Below the pieces are notes generated by a model that worked only from the letters and a program-made list of their open reading frames with translations, made no database searches and was not told the origin of the DNA. DNA of 64,000 nucleotides from Verrucomicrobiia bacterium (GTDB taxonomy: Bacteria > Verrucomicrobiota > Verrucomicrobiia > JAWXBN01), in NCBI GenBank assembly GCA_033764445.1, contig JANRIZ010000008.1, forward strand, positions 13,634-77,633. Reading direction: 5' to 3'. The position numbers were made by a program, and so were the translations under genes. Shown here piece by piece: positions 8,394 through 17,086 of this stretch (positions are counted from its first letter, which is position 1; every line of letters begins with the position of its first letter).

Positions 8394-9059
8394 CTACGAC
8401 AGTTTGAGCCCATGTTTTTTGATGATTTTGGGTGCTTTTTCCTTCCACATGACCCGCTCCGCAAACTTCGGATCGGTCAGGTGTTCGACACTCTGGAGCA
8501 GTTCGGTAAGGTACTTGGCGTTTTCGGGCCGGTTGTAGAACCGGCGCATGGCAATGAGTTGCGGGTCATACCCGTGTTTTTTCATCTCTCCCAGGGCAAG
8601 GGCATTTTCCAGCCGTTCGCGGGTCATGGTCTTGGCCCGCTCGTTGAGAGAGGGATTATCCTCCCGGAAGTTGGCCACGTCCTGGGCAATGTTGGCATTG
8701 AGGTCCGGCTGATATTTTTCCTTCCGCATGACATTGAGAATGTAACGGTTCTCAAGTTCGTCGCGGTCCGCCGACTTCAACTGCTTGTCGAGTTCCGGGT
8801 GCCGCTTTCTGAACCCGGCAATATCCGCCTCAATGCCTTCATTGACCTTGAAGGCGAATGCCTGGGCCTTTTTTTCCACGGAGGTTTTGGGCCTGTCCTG
8901 AAGCATTTTTTTGTCTGTTTCCAGAAACTCTTTCATGGCTTCTTTCTGTTTCTTGCCTTTGAGTTTCTCAATCTCCTCAAAGAATCGGTCTCTGGCGCCC
9001 GCAAACCATTTGGCTGCGGTCATCTTTTCAGGTGGTTGCTGTTGTTCTTCAGTTGTCAT
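8394..9059 (-). CDS. hypothetical charged/coiled-coil protein
   Basis: ORF 8394..9242 trimmed to the Met at 9059 (MTTEEQQQ) so it does not overlap the upstream 9166..9432 ORF. Confidence 0.4.
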   Translation of the reverse strand: MTTEEQQQPPEKMTAAKWFAGARDRFFEEIEKLKGKKQKEAMKEFLETDKKMLQDRPKTSVEKKAQAFAFKVNEGIEADIAGFRKRHPELDKQLKSADRDELENRYILNVMRKEKYQPDLNANIAQDVANFREDNPSLNERAKTMTRERLENALALGEMKKHGYDPQLIAMRRFYNRPENAKYLTELLQSVEHLTDPKFAERVMWKEKAPKIIKKHGLKLS

Positions 9060-9165
9060 TTTTATGGTCCCTTTCAGGGTTTCCGTTGGGATGTTGTTTT
9101 GCGAGCCCATCCCAACCACGGCATGGTGTCCGATTTGCAGGCTCGTTGCCCGGAATGGGCAAAGT

Positions 9166-9432
9166 TTAGGATTTGGGTTCGGCTCCCTTTTTGCGGCGAC
9201 TCTTGAGCGCCTCGCGCTGCTCCATGAGCAGCTTGTCCACATGCAGGAGTGTGTTATTGATCAAGTCCTCGTAGTCCTCTGTGCTGAGAACCTGGGCAAT
9301 TAGTGTGCGCGGTTCAAAAGTCATGATCCGCTGGACATGATTCAGTTCGGCCACGGCGTCCTCGAATTTTTTGTACACGTCAGGGGCCAGTTGGATTTCG
9401 ATGCGCTTGGGTTTTTCAGGGTTTTCGCTCAT
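9166..9432 (-). CDS. hypothetical small protein
   Basis: 88-aa ORF co-oriented in the block. Confidence 0.35.
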   Translation of the reverse strand: MSENPEKPKRIEIQLAPDVYKKFEDAVAELNHVQRIMTFEPRTLIAQVLSTEDYEDLINNTLLHVDKLLMEQREALKSRRKKGAEPKS

Positions 9433-9470
9433 AGAATGTTAGAGTATTATGTTAATATGATATTATGATA

Positions 9471-9788
9471 TTACGGTTGGGTTTGTTTCCGGCTGGCCAC
9501 AATGTCCTCCACCCGGTCGGCGAGGATTGAGGTATGGAAAATGCCCGTGGATTCGTCCTTGTGGATGTCCAGCCGTCCGGTGACAGTGAACTTGCTGCCC
9601 AGGGCAATCTCTTTGAAGGCGGGAATCACGGCCTCCCCGAATTTGACGGCCAGTGCAAAGCTGGCCTGGCTGTTTTCAATGTTATGAATGGCCCAGACAT
9701 CACCGAAGACCGGTTCATTCTTGTCATCGGTTTTCAGGACACGGGGAGCCTTGCCCGCCCGGACTTCCAGTGTGATTGAATTTCTCAT
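9471..9788 (-). CDS. SSB-like OB-fold single-stranded DNA-binding protein (short, no acidic tail)
   Basis: Pattern ITLEV...FALAVKFGEAVIPAFKEIALGSKFTVTGRLDIHKDE...ILADRVE resembles the SSB OB-fold consensus. Confidence 0.45.
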   Translation of the reverse strand: MRNSITLEVRAGKAPRVLKTDDKNEPVFGDVWAIHNIENSQASFALAVKFGEAVIPAFKEIALGSKFTVTGRLDIHKDESTGIFHTSILADRVEDIVASRKQTQP

Positions 9789-10567
9789 TGTATGTTTTCC
9801 TTGGTTTTGTTTTTGGAACTAAAAAAGCTGCCGAACCATTCCTTCCATGTCCTTTCCGCCTTGGGCTGGGGCGGATTTTTAAGTTCTGCTATCTGGCGTC
9901 TGAGGGTTTCCAATTCCCCCTTGATCTGCTGTTTTTCCTCGGCCTCCACCTTCGCCTGTTTGAGCAGTTCGTTGGTGATCTCCATTTTCTGGGCCATGGC
10001 CTCCAACTGCTCCCCCTGGGCGGCGGCATAGGCCTTTTGGCGTTCCAGTTGCTGCTCAAACTCGGCAGTCATGGGATTTTCGGCCACGGTCGAATCCGGG
10101 GCCTTTTCCTGCGGACCTTGAGCGGTCATCTGGGGCGTGTTCGGTCGGAGATTCCAAGTGGGAGATTTTTCGACTACCTGAATGTCATGGGCATCATGAC
10201 GGACGTTCGGGTTCTGGGGATCGACATAAGGACCGGCTGAATATTCCCCCACCGTTTCATTGTTGCGGACAGCAGTCCTATCCGACCCCTGCAGCTCCGT
10301 GCCGGTCGTATGGACTACCCGCATCGGCACGGCGGCGGTCTGGATCATATTGTTTCCCGCACACCCGGAGAGAAGGATCGCTACTGGGAGGAAAAACGCG
10401 GGGTGTAATTGTGCTATTCCTCGCCCCGACCGACCAGCTCGGCTCCGGCCCGCCGGCACGGCAAGGCAAAGTGAATTTTGTTTTGTGTTTTCAATGTAAT
10501 TATGAGGATTTTTCATATTGTGAATACGGTTTAATTTTTGAAGGTCTCTGGATGAAATAATGCTCAT
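9785..10567 (-). CDS. lipoprotein with C-terminal coiled coil (T4SS-associated, TrbH-like position)
   Basis: Lipobox-like LLSGC after a hydrophobic segment; the C-terminal 90 aa are heptad-rich; located directly downstream of trbI. Confidence 0.45.
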   Translation of the reverse strand: MSIISSRDLQKLNRIHNMKNPHNYIENTKQNSLCLAVPAGRSRAGRSGRGIAQLHPAFFLPVAILLSGCAGNNMIQTAAVPMRVVHTTGTELQGSDRTAVRNNETVGEYSAGPYVDPQNPNVRHDAHDIQVVEKSPTWNLRPNTPQMTAQGPQEKAPDSTVAENPMTAEFEQQLERQKAYAAAQGEQLEAMAQKMEITNELLKQAKVEAEEKQQIKGELETLRRQIAELKNPPQPKAERTWKEWFGSFFSSKNKTKENIQ

Positions 10568-10818
10568 TGTGCGTCGGTCTGTTGCCCGTTGAGTTTTTGA
10601 TCTCGTTCGTTTAGAAAGTATTCAATGATGAAACCGTTTGAGATTTGTATCGTCATTACACTGGTCGCCAATGCGGTGGTAATGATTTCCCGTGAAATAA
10701 GGCACTGGGTGTTTTCCAAAAAAAGCACAACGGCCACAGCACCTATTGTCAGTGCCCAAGTAAAAAGTCGAAGACCAAGGAAAAACCAGAACTGGTCTGT
10801 TGCTGCTTCAGTTTTCAT
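10564..10818 (-). CDS. small membrane protein
   Basis: 84 aa with two hydrophobic helices; coupled to the downstream lipoprotein ORF. Confidence 0.35.
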   Translation of the reverse strand: MKTEAATDQFWFFLGLRLFTWALTIGAVAVVLFLENTQCLISREIITTALATSVMTIQISNGFIIEYFLNERDQKLNGQQTDAQ

Positions 10819-10938
10819 GATTGTTGTCTCTTTTAGTTGTATTTTTCATGTCATGGTTGCCGAGGGACCTTTGACCAATTTTAATGCAGTCCTTCTCCTG
10901 CTCGGATTTTTTTCTCTGTTGAAATGGACAGATTAAAT

Positions 10939-11955
10939 TCATTGCTGGCCTCCCTGAAGCTTGCTGCGGAGTGAGGCCCCCACCGCCGCCTGGCTGGCAT
11001 CGAGGGGCTGGGTGATATAAACGTAGAAGGGCTTGCCCCCGGCCACGCGGACAAAGACGGCTTCGGATTGGATACGGGCGGCGATTTTCTGGGCTTCCTG
11101 CTGCATGGATGCGGCCACGGCTGAGGCCAGGGCGTCTTTGAGTCCGCCGCTTGAGCTGACAGTGGTCGCCCCTCCACCGCTGAAAATGGTTTGCTGGGAG
11201 CGGAATCCCTGGGCGGCGGCTGAGAGGAAGGTTGAAAAGAAAAGCTGCGCGTCGGCGGACCCATCGTAACCTTTGACATCCCCCCTCATCCCGGCGGAGG
11301 CATCGGTGATTTGCCAGCCATTGCCATCCGGATCAGGGGCGGCATCGAGGAGGATGCCAGTAAAGGGCAATTCCACTTCTTTCCCGTCCTCCTCCCTTTT
11401 AAAGACCAGAATCCAGTTGTTTTGACCGCCAATCCGGTCCCGTACCCGGTCGTTTTGACCAAAGCCATGGATCAAGGCCCCGGCAGGAATGACCAGTTCC
11501 TGGGAATCGGACCAGACATCCCGTAGGACAATGCCGATGATTGGGGTGGTCAATTTGGAGGAATCGACAGTATTGATCAAAATGCATTCAATGGGCGTTC
11601 CATAGGACACGCTCCGGCTGCTGATGGTGGGCTTTGAGCTGATAAAAAGAAAAATAGGAGGTTCCGGGGTTCTGGAAGTCCCCACTTCAACCTCCTCCCT
11701 ACGAGGAGGGGGAGGGGCCTGGGGTTGGGCTTCCAACACGGGTATTCCCGTATCCAAAGTCTGAACCGTGGTGGCAATTTCCTGGCCTTTGTCTGTTTTA
11801 TCCTCCTGCTTGGCCAGTGTGGGACCTTTTTTGAGTTTGAAATAAGCACCATAGAAAACGGCAACGATTGTAATCAGGACGATCAGCCAGATGATCCGTC
11901 CATCCTTGGTTTTCCATGAATCAACAAATGTTTTTTGTAGCCAACCCGTACTCAT
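10939..11955 (-). CDS. trbI: TrbI/VirB10-like T4SS protein
   Basis: N-terminal TM helix, Pro-rich linker (QPQAPPPPRREE) and ~200-aa C-terminal domain; position after the trbG-like gene. Confidence 0.6.
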   Translation of the reverse strand: MSTGWLQKTFVDSWKTKDGRIIWLIVLITIVAVFYGAYFKLKKGPTLAKQEDKTDKGQEIATTVQTLDTGIPVLEAQPQAPPPPRREEVEVGTSRTPEPPIFLFISSKPTISSRSVSYGTPIECILINTVDSSKLTTPIIGIVLRDVWSDSQELVIPAGALIHGFGQNDRVRDRIGGQNNWILVFKREEDGKEVELPFTGILLDAAPDPDGNGWQITDASAGMRGDVKGYDGSADAQLFFSTFLSAAAQGFRSQQTIFSGGGATTVSSSGGLKDALASAVAASMQQEAQKIAARIQSEAVFVRVAGGKPFYVYITQPLDASQAAVGASLRSKLQGGQQ

Positions 11956-12944
11956 TTTGCCTCCTCCTTGTTCGCGTCCGCTGGCATTTTTGGCAGCGGC
12001 TCCTCCTCGGTTTTTTCTTCCTCAATCCGGCTTTGGATTTCGGGCTGCACCCGGACCACAAGAATGTTCCATGCATTTTGCCCTGGCAGCAGGTTGTTGC
12101 GCCCGCCGTCAGGTGTCCCGGTGATGGCAAAAAAGACTTTGCTCAAGCCTGGCACAATGTCCCGGTCCGTCAGGGATTCACCTTTGGAGAGTTTTTCCAG
12201 CCCGGAGGCTGACGGACTTCCGGGGGGGATGGTCCCCGATGCCTGGCTTAAGGACTGGTTGTAAATCCGATCCCCGACCCGGACCGCAAAATCATTGCGT
12301 TTGTAGGAAATGGGCTCCAGCGTGTCATTTTGGAGGGTGATGTTGAAAACCAGCGTGTCCTCCTTGTCGAACCGAAACACCTCCTCAATGAGAACCTTGA
12401 AGCCATTGTAAAACATGATCCGCGCCGGTCGGGCGTAGCCCACCCCGGCAACGGCCTCGGGCTGATGCCGGGAAAGGACCGAATAGGCCTTTGCCGTATT
12501 GAGCAGATTGGCCACGACGGCGGGGGAAACGCCGCCGCCGGATGCACCGGGTGCGGGCAGGCTGTAAAAGTACACGGCAAAATCCGGGGCTTTGTCCACT
12601 GCCTCCAGTTCAACGATATAGGCTTTGTTGTTGAAAAAGATGGTCAGGACATCCGAAGCCTTGGGGTGTTTGGCCCGGACTGTCAGGAAAGTCCCGCCGT
12701 CCTTGTACCCCACCACAAAATCCCTCGCGGCACCCGCATCCAAGGCACTCCGTTTCCCGGCCGCCACTCCTTCCAAGGCTCCCGGGAACATCAGTGTGGT
12801 AGTTCCCTTGTCTCCTGGGACTTTGACCTTGTACACCATCCTCTCGTCGAGGCCGTATTGTTTGATGGCCCGCCCGGAGGCTTGCCCCCAGAGGGCTGCT
12901 GGGAAAAGAATGACGATGAAAACCATGAATGACAGTTGCTTCAT
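11952..12944 (-). CDS. trbG: TrbG/VirB9-like T4SS protein
   Basis: Signal peptide and 330 aa secreted protein; overlapping stop/starts within the operon order L-F-G-I. Confidence 0.5.
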   Translation of the reverse strand: MKQLSFMVFIVILFPAALWGQASGRAIKQYGLDERMVYKVKVPGDKGTTTLMFPGALEGVAAGKRSALDAGAARDFVVGYKDGGTFLTVRAKHPKASDVLTIFFNNKAYIVELEAVDKAPDFAVYFYSLPAPGASGGGVSPAVVANLLNTAKAYSVLSRHQPEAVAGVGYARPARIMFYNGFKVLIEEVFRFDKEDTLVFNITLQNDTLEPISYKRNDFAVRVGDRIYNQSLSQASGTIPPGSPSASGLEKLSKGESLTDRDIVPGLSKVFFAITGTPDGGRNNLLPGQNAWNILVVRVQPEIQSRIEEEKTEEEPLPKMPADANKEEAK

Positions 12945-13621
12945 TTGACCCTCCCGAATTGAGCCACCACCAGCGGAAAAAACCCGTTGTTGGCCACGTC
13001 ATCGTTTTTCATGAATATGATGTCGTATTCCTCAATGGGCCGTTCATCCAGAGGCAGGCCCTGGATGGTGCCGGTGCGGAAAAACTGGGCCTTGACGCGG
13101 ACGGAATAGAATTCCTGGCCGTCCTGGGCCACCTTCTTGGGGACGGAGATTTGGAGGACATTGACAAATTGCGAGAAGTTGCGGATGTCCTTGCTCCGGA
13201 CCTCACCAAGGAATTTTTCGCTTTCGCTCCGAGCCTCGTCGCGAGTGGTCTTCACAAAGAGCCGTCGCAACAGTTCCGGGTTGCTCAACCCGGATGGGTT
13301 CATTTCAAACCGCGCCCGCATGACCTGGCGGCACATGTAATCAAAGTGATACTTCTCCTTGAGGAAGTCATCGAGCGGGGTGTAGATGACCGTTCCGTCC
13401 TTGCTGAAAAAGAAAGCCTTCTCCTTTGTTCGCATGGTCCAGACAGTGAATTGCACAAAAATAAAACCCGCAAAACAGGCGGCCAAAAACATGACAAACC
13501 AGAACCGGGCCGCCCATGAGGCGTTGACAATGGCCATGATGGCCGGATGTCCTGGGGAAGGCTCCGGTGCCGGTTTGACGATGGGCGTTTCGTCAATCAA
13601 TGATGAATCAGCTTTATTCAT
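12941..13621 (-). CDS. trbF: TrbF/VirB8-like T4SS protein
   Basis: 226 aa, single N-terminal TM helix then globular domain; operon position. Confidence 0.5.
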   Translation of the reverse strand: MNKADSSLIDETPIVKPAPEPSPGHPAIMAIVNASWAARFWFVMFLAACFAGFIFVQFTVWTMRTKEKAFFFSKDGTVIYTPLDDFLKEKYHFDYMCRQVMRARFEMNPSGLSNPELLRRLFVKTTRDEARSESEKFLGEVRSKDIRNFSQFVNVLQISVPKKVAQDGQEFYSVRVKAQFFRTGTIQGLPLDERPIEEYDIIFMKNDDVANNGFFPLVVAQFGRVK

Positions 13622-13643
13622 AAGTTATTAAGTTATAATGATA

Positions 13644-14927
13644 TTAAGATTTCTTGTAGTAGCGGTCCATGTCGTCGAGTTGCATTTTGATGCGTTTGCG
13701 GGCCTCGGCTCCGTCATCCATCGGAGCGGAGGGCGTGGGGCTGCCACCGCCAGAGTTCTCAATCGAAGCAACTGAGGGGGAGCCAGAAGTGGCCGGGGAG
13801 GGCGTGCCTGTACCACCTGCAGACGCTGTGGGGCTGCCTGAGGAAGATTTTGCTCCGGATGCTTGGCCTCCACCACCACCTCCCTGTGTTTGGGCGGATG
13901 ATCCGCCGCCACTCTGAGGGGAGTCGATGGGTGGGGGAGGGGGGCCACTGGAGGGGGCTTTGTTGGTGAGAGCCTGTGCGCCTTGTGCCGCCCCACCAAG
14001 TCCCTGGACCGCTCCTGCGGCTCCACCCACGGCGGCAGCCCCGCCCAGACTCTTGGCTGCCATAGCCAATCCAATGGCCGCCCCGAGTCCCTGGACACCG
14101 GCTTGTAATGCAGTGGTGGCCGGACCAGCTCCGCGCATGATTGCGGCCACCACAAAAGGCACGGAAAGGTACATGGCATTAACAATGATCGCCCCCAGAA
14201 GGAGTCCGGCGGCAATCAATGCCCATCCAACGGTGGCAACCTGGATGACCGTGTTGGCGGTCCCTAAATTTACCGCCCCTGTCAATCCGCAAGCCTGTAA
14301 TATATCTGCCGTCAACTTGTAAATGATCACATCTACCACGGCCACGCCCAAGGCCCACAGGGCCACCCCGACAGAGGTGAGAATGAAGTTAATCCCGATT
14401 TGCTTCGTCCACGGCAATGCCAAAAATCCAAGGCCCAGAGGGGAGACCACAATCAGCCCGGCCATGGCGAAGTCCTGGAGCCATCCAATAGCTTTGACTC
14501 CAAAAGAACCAATCGCCTGAAAACAGGCTGAAAAGCAATAGCAAAGGTAATCTGCAATATTGAATGCACTCGGTTTTTCGCTGAATTCTGCTCTGAACAA
14601 ACTATGAAAACTTGCCGAATTTTTTTGCGCCACTTCCTCGCGCAGTTCCCAGAAGGCGTCTCGTGTGGCGATCATCGCCTCCCGGTAGCCGGTGATAAGG
14701 ATGACAATGACCAGCCCCACGATCAACGGTTTGAGCATCTTTTCGGGGGTGCGCTCGGCCTGTAGCGCGCCGTAAGCCATGCCCGCCATGGCCATGAGGT
14801 AAGGGATACCCAAGAGTGCCACGCGGAGATTCTCCACCGCCTGGTCCTCGAAAGCGCGTGAACCCCCGGTTCCGCTTGAAACCTGGGCCAAAAAGGGTAT
14901 CATTATACTCATGAAAATTGTCATCAT
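13644..14927 (-). CDS. trbL: TrbL/VirB6-like polytopic T4SS protein
   Basis: 427 aa with multiple TM helices and a Gly/Ser/Pro-rich C-terminal tail, typical of TrbL. Confidence 0.6.
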   Translation of the reverse strand: MMTIFMSIMIPFLAQVSSGTGGSRAFEDQAVENLRVALLGIPYLMAMAGMAYGALQAERTPEKMLKPLIVGLVIVILITGYREAMIATRDAFWELREEVAQKNSASFHSLFRAEFSEKPSAFNIADYLCYCFSACFQAIGSFGVKAIGWLQDFAMAGLIVVSPLGLGFLALPWTKQIGINFILTSVGVALWALGVAVVDVIIYKLTADILQACGLTGAVNLGTANTVIQVATVGWALIAAGLLLGAIIVNAMYLSVPFVVAAIMRGAGPATTALQAGVQGLGAAIGLAMAAKSLGGAAAVGGAAGAVQGLGGAAQGAQALTNKAPSSGPPPPPIDSPQSGGGSSAQTQGGGGGGQASGAKSSSGSPTASAGGTGTPSPATSGSPSVASIENSGGGSPTPSAPMDDGAEARKRIKMQLDDMDRYYKKS

Positions 14928-15126
14928 TTCTCTCCTTGCTGTGGTAGCCGCTTCCCTTCTGACGATCTCGGGACTGATGATCCGTGACCGTCAGGAAAAG
15001 GATCAGGCCCGGCGGGAATACGAAGCTTTTCTCCGGCAGGAGGCCGAAAAAAAGAAAATCCAAGACGAGTATGCCGCCCGTGCCGCCCGAGAACGGGCAG
15101 AGTCTTTTCGCCGCGCTGGCTATTAG
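14911..15126 (+). CDS. small membrane-anchored protein with TrbJ-like C-terminal tail (convergent with trbJ)
   Basis: 71 aa; N-terminal TM helix, then ...ARAARERAESFRRAGY*, while TrbJ ends ...KAKAQRAESFKKNGY*; the two stops are 3 nt apart. Confidence 0.35.
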   Translation: MKIVIISLLAVVAASLLTISGLMIRDRQEKDQARREYEAFLRQEAEKKKIQDEYAARAARERAESFRRAGY

Positions 15127-15128
15127 TT

Positions 15129-15965
15129 TCAGTACCCATTTTTTTTAAATGACTCCGCTCTTTGTGCTTTTGCCTTTTTATCCGCCCGTTTCTCCACTTC
15201 GATCCTGGCTTCCTCCTCGGCTTTGCGCTGTTTTTCGGCATCGTTGTCATTGGCCTCTTTTCGGGCCTGACGCTGATTGTTGGCGGCGGTTTCCTCGGCA
15301 TTGAGCGCGGCGAGTTGGGCCGTCAGTGCCCCGATGCGGACGGACACCGCCCGCTGTTCGGCTTCGGTCTTGGTCTGGACGTTATTGAGCTTTTCGAGTT
15401 CGGACATGATGGTTTTGCGTTTGTCTCGGACCTCTTCGAGAACTTTTTCATGATTGCCCTTCTCGTCCTCGTAGGCGGCGAATTTTTTGTAGAGGTCCAT
15501 ATTGCGGGTGAAAGATGACCCATCCGGTAGAGTGTTCGGGATAGACGCATATAGACCTTGCCCGGTTCCCTGGAGACTCTTGGCCGTGTCCATCGTTTCA
15601 CCGAGGGCATTGGCCAGTTTAAAGGTGGAGGAAAATGCAGAATTGGTGCCGAGATTGCCCATACTCCCCAACATCGAAAGAGCCTGGGACGGATCACCGG
15701 CGATAGTTAAGGCCTTCTGAGCGATTTCAACGTGTTCCTGAATCTTGGCGAATTCCTTATTGAAATTCTCCACGTCCTTGGCCCACTGACCGAGAATGTC
15801 AGTGTGTTGTACGGCTCTCTGTGTCTGTGCCCCGGCGTCATTGACGGCCATTTGTCCCCAGAGGGCTACCGGGGAAAAAAGACAGAGGGTGAGGGTATAC
15901 CAAGAAAGCCGCCGCAAACGGCTTTCCTGACGGTGGAGGGTGTTCTGCTTTGGGGTATGGATCAT
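15129..15965 (-). CDS. trbJ: TrbJ/VirB5-like T4SS protein
   Basis: Signal peptide, 278 aa, coiled-coil rich; operon position before trbL. Confidence 0.5.
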   Translation of the reverse strand: MIHTPKQNTLHRQESRLRRLSWYTLTLCLFSPVALWGQMAVNDAGAQTQRAVQHTDILGQWAKDVENFNKEFAKIQEHVEIAQKALTIAGDPSQALSMLGSMGNLGTNSAFSSTFKLANALGETMDTAKSLQGTGQGLYASIPNTLPDGSSFTRNMDLYKKFAAYEDEKGNHEKVLEEVRDKRKTIMSELEKLNNVQTKTEAEQRAVSVRIGALTAQLAALNAEETAANNQRQARKEANDNDAEKQRKAEEEARIEVEKRADKKAKAQRAESFKKNGY

Positions 15966-16351
15966 AGTTGTTCCTCTTTTTTGGAAGCGGCAGCTTCATT
16001 ATGAACTTCCTGAAAGTGGTTCTTTTGGGTATCCCGTTCTATCGGGTGATTTAACCAATAAACGGAGGTCAAGATGATGATTTGGATGGTAATAATGTGG
16101 ACGCAAAATGACATTGCTCTCATGAAGTCAATCTTTTCATTGCTCGTAATGGTGAGCGGATTTGTTGCGTCTGTTTTGTACATTTGCGATTTTTTGGGGA
16201 GGAGAGAAAAGGTTGTTGAAATCATTGAAAGAGTGACCGCTGAAATCAGCAAAACAGCGCATAATTTCGGCAGGCTCATTTCCGATTTTTTCACAGGGGA
16301 TAGTCTTGATCTGCTGGTCAGGTCAGTGGTCTGTGGATCGTTGTTTTGCAT
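15962..16351 (-). CDS. small membrane protein, duplicated family (paralog of 7206..7610)
   Basis: C-terminal FCVHIITIQIIILTSVYW...QEVHNEAAASKKEEQL matches the 7206..7610 product; ATGA overlap with trbJ. Confidence 0.35.
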   Translation of the reverse strand: MQNNDPQTTDLTSRSRLSPVKKSEMSLPKLCAVLLISAVTLSMISTTFSLLPKKSQMYKTDATNPLTITSNEKIDFMRAMSFCVHIITIQIIILTSVYWLNHPIERDTQKNHFQEVHNEAAASKKEEQL

Positions 16352-16526
16352 GATGATGTTGGTTTTTGAGGTGCGTTACCTGGTCATTCCCTGGAATGGA
16401 GTACTGGTAGGGTATGTACTGACTGCGGCAGGGTTTGTCCTCGCCCTGGTGGTGTGCTGGCTGAAATTCGAGCAGGAGGCCCTCCGGCCTTGTCTCGCCC
16501 CAGGGCAAATGGATTTTCCGCTCTGA
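16074..16526 (+). CDS. polytopic membrane protein, duplicated family (paralog of 7300..7785); antisense-overlapping 15962..16351
   Basis: 150 aa; shares the start, KTAH motif and C-terminal QMDFPL with 7300..7785. Confidence 0.4.
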   Translation: MMIWMVIMWTQNDIALMKSIFSLLVMVSGFVASVLYICDFLGRREKVVEIIERVTAEISKTAHNFGRLISDFFTGDSLDLLVRSVVCGSLFCMMMLVFEVRYLVIPWNGVLVGYVLTAAGFVLALVVCWLKFEQEALRPCLAPGQMDFPL

Positions 16527-16762
16527 TTCCAGTTTCATTCCCAGTAGCCCATTGTTTCCTTGTACAGGCGTGAGCCTGTCTAAATTCCTTCCTAAGCGAC
16601 GAGACCGACCGGAGGGAGGGCGAGTGACTAGTCAGGCCCGGAGCGAAGCGGAGGGCCATCCAGTGCTTACTGAGGGCGAGAGCCCGAAGGTCGATTGACA
16701 GGATGGGGGTCTGGGGGAAGGGGCCGGGAAAAATTTTTCGCGAAAATCCGTTTCCCCATCTA

Positions 16763-16780
16763 TGGATAAGATGGATAAGA
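16763..16780 (-). promoter_or_regulatory. two tandem DnaA-box-like sites (cTTATCCATcTTATCCAT on the minus strand)
   Basis: TTATCCAT x2 matches the DnaA box consensus TTATNCACA in 7 of 9 positions; adjacent to an AT-rich stretch and the iterons. Confidence 0.5.
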
Positions 16781-16851
16781 AAAGGGATAGTAAAAAATAT
16801 TGACAATGAATTTTGTTGGATTGAAAGCATCTTATGAAGAATTAAAGCCTT

Positions 16852-17085
16852 CATATCGCATTGAATTCCCCCCAAAAACAGGGGTATAACGCATCGAAAT
16901 CCCCCTAGTGATATATTTTTATTGCCATATCGCACTGTATTCCCCCTATCAAAACGGCATAACGCATCGAAATCCCCCCAAACAGTGGGTATAACGCATT
17001 GAATTCCCCCTATCAAAACGGCATAACGCATCGAAATCCCCCCAGTTTCCCATCTGGAAAAGTCATATCGCATCGAATTCCCCCT
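16852..17085. repeat. iteron array: seven ~22-bp direct repeats (YATAWCGCAYYGWAWTCCCCCY) at 32/42-bp spacing; candidate plasmid oriV
   Basis: Copies start at approximately 16852, 16885, 16926, 16957, 16990, 17022 and 17064; the array abuts the rep stop codon at 17087. Confidence 0.75.
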
Positions 17086-17086
17086 A

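Noticed and set aside
8331-9206. 291-aa plus-strand ORF
   Set aside because: Antisense to the 8394..9059 ORF, which is co-oriented with the neighbouring genes; the product is Phe/Leu-rich mirror-frame noise. Low certainty either way.
12330-13519. Plus-strand ORFs 12330..12932 and 12929..13519
   Set aside because: Antisense to the TrbG/TrbF-like genes that form a tightly coupled minus-strand operon.
16852-17085. Possible CRISPR array
   Set aside because: Repeats are 22 bp and imperfect, the intervening segments are 10-20 bp (far shorter than CRISPR spacers) at helical phasing, and the array abuts a rep gene: these are iterons. No cas genes are present.
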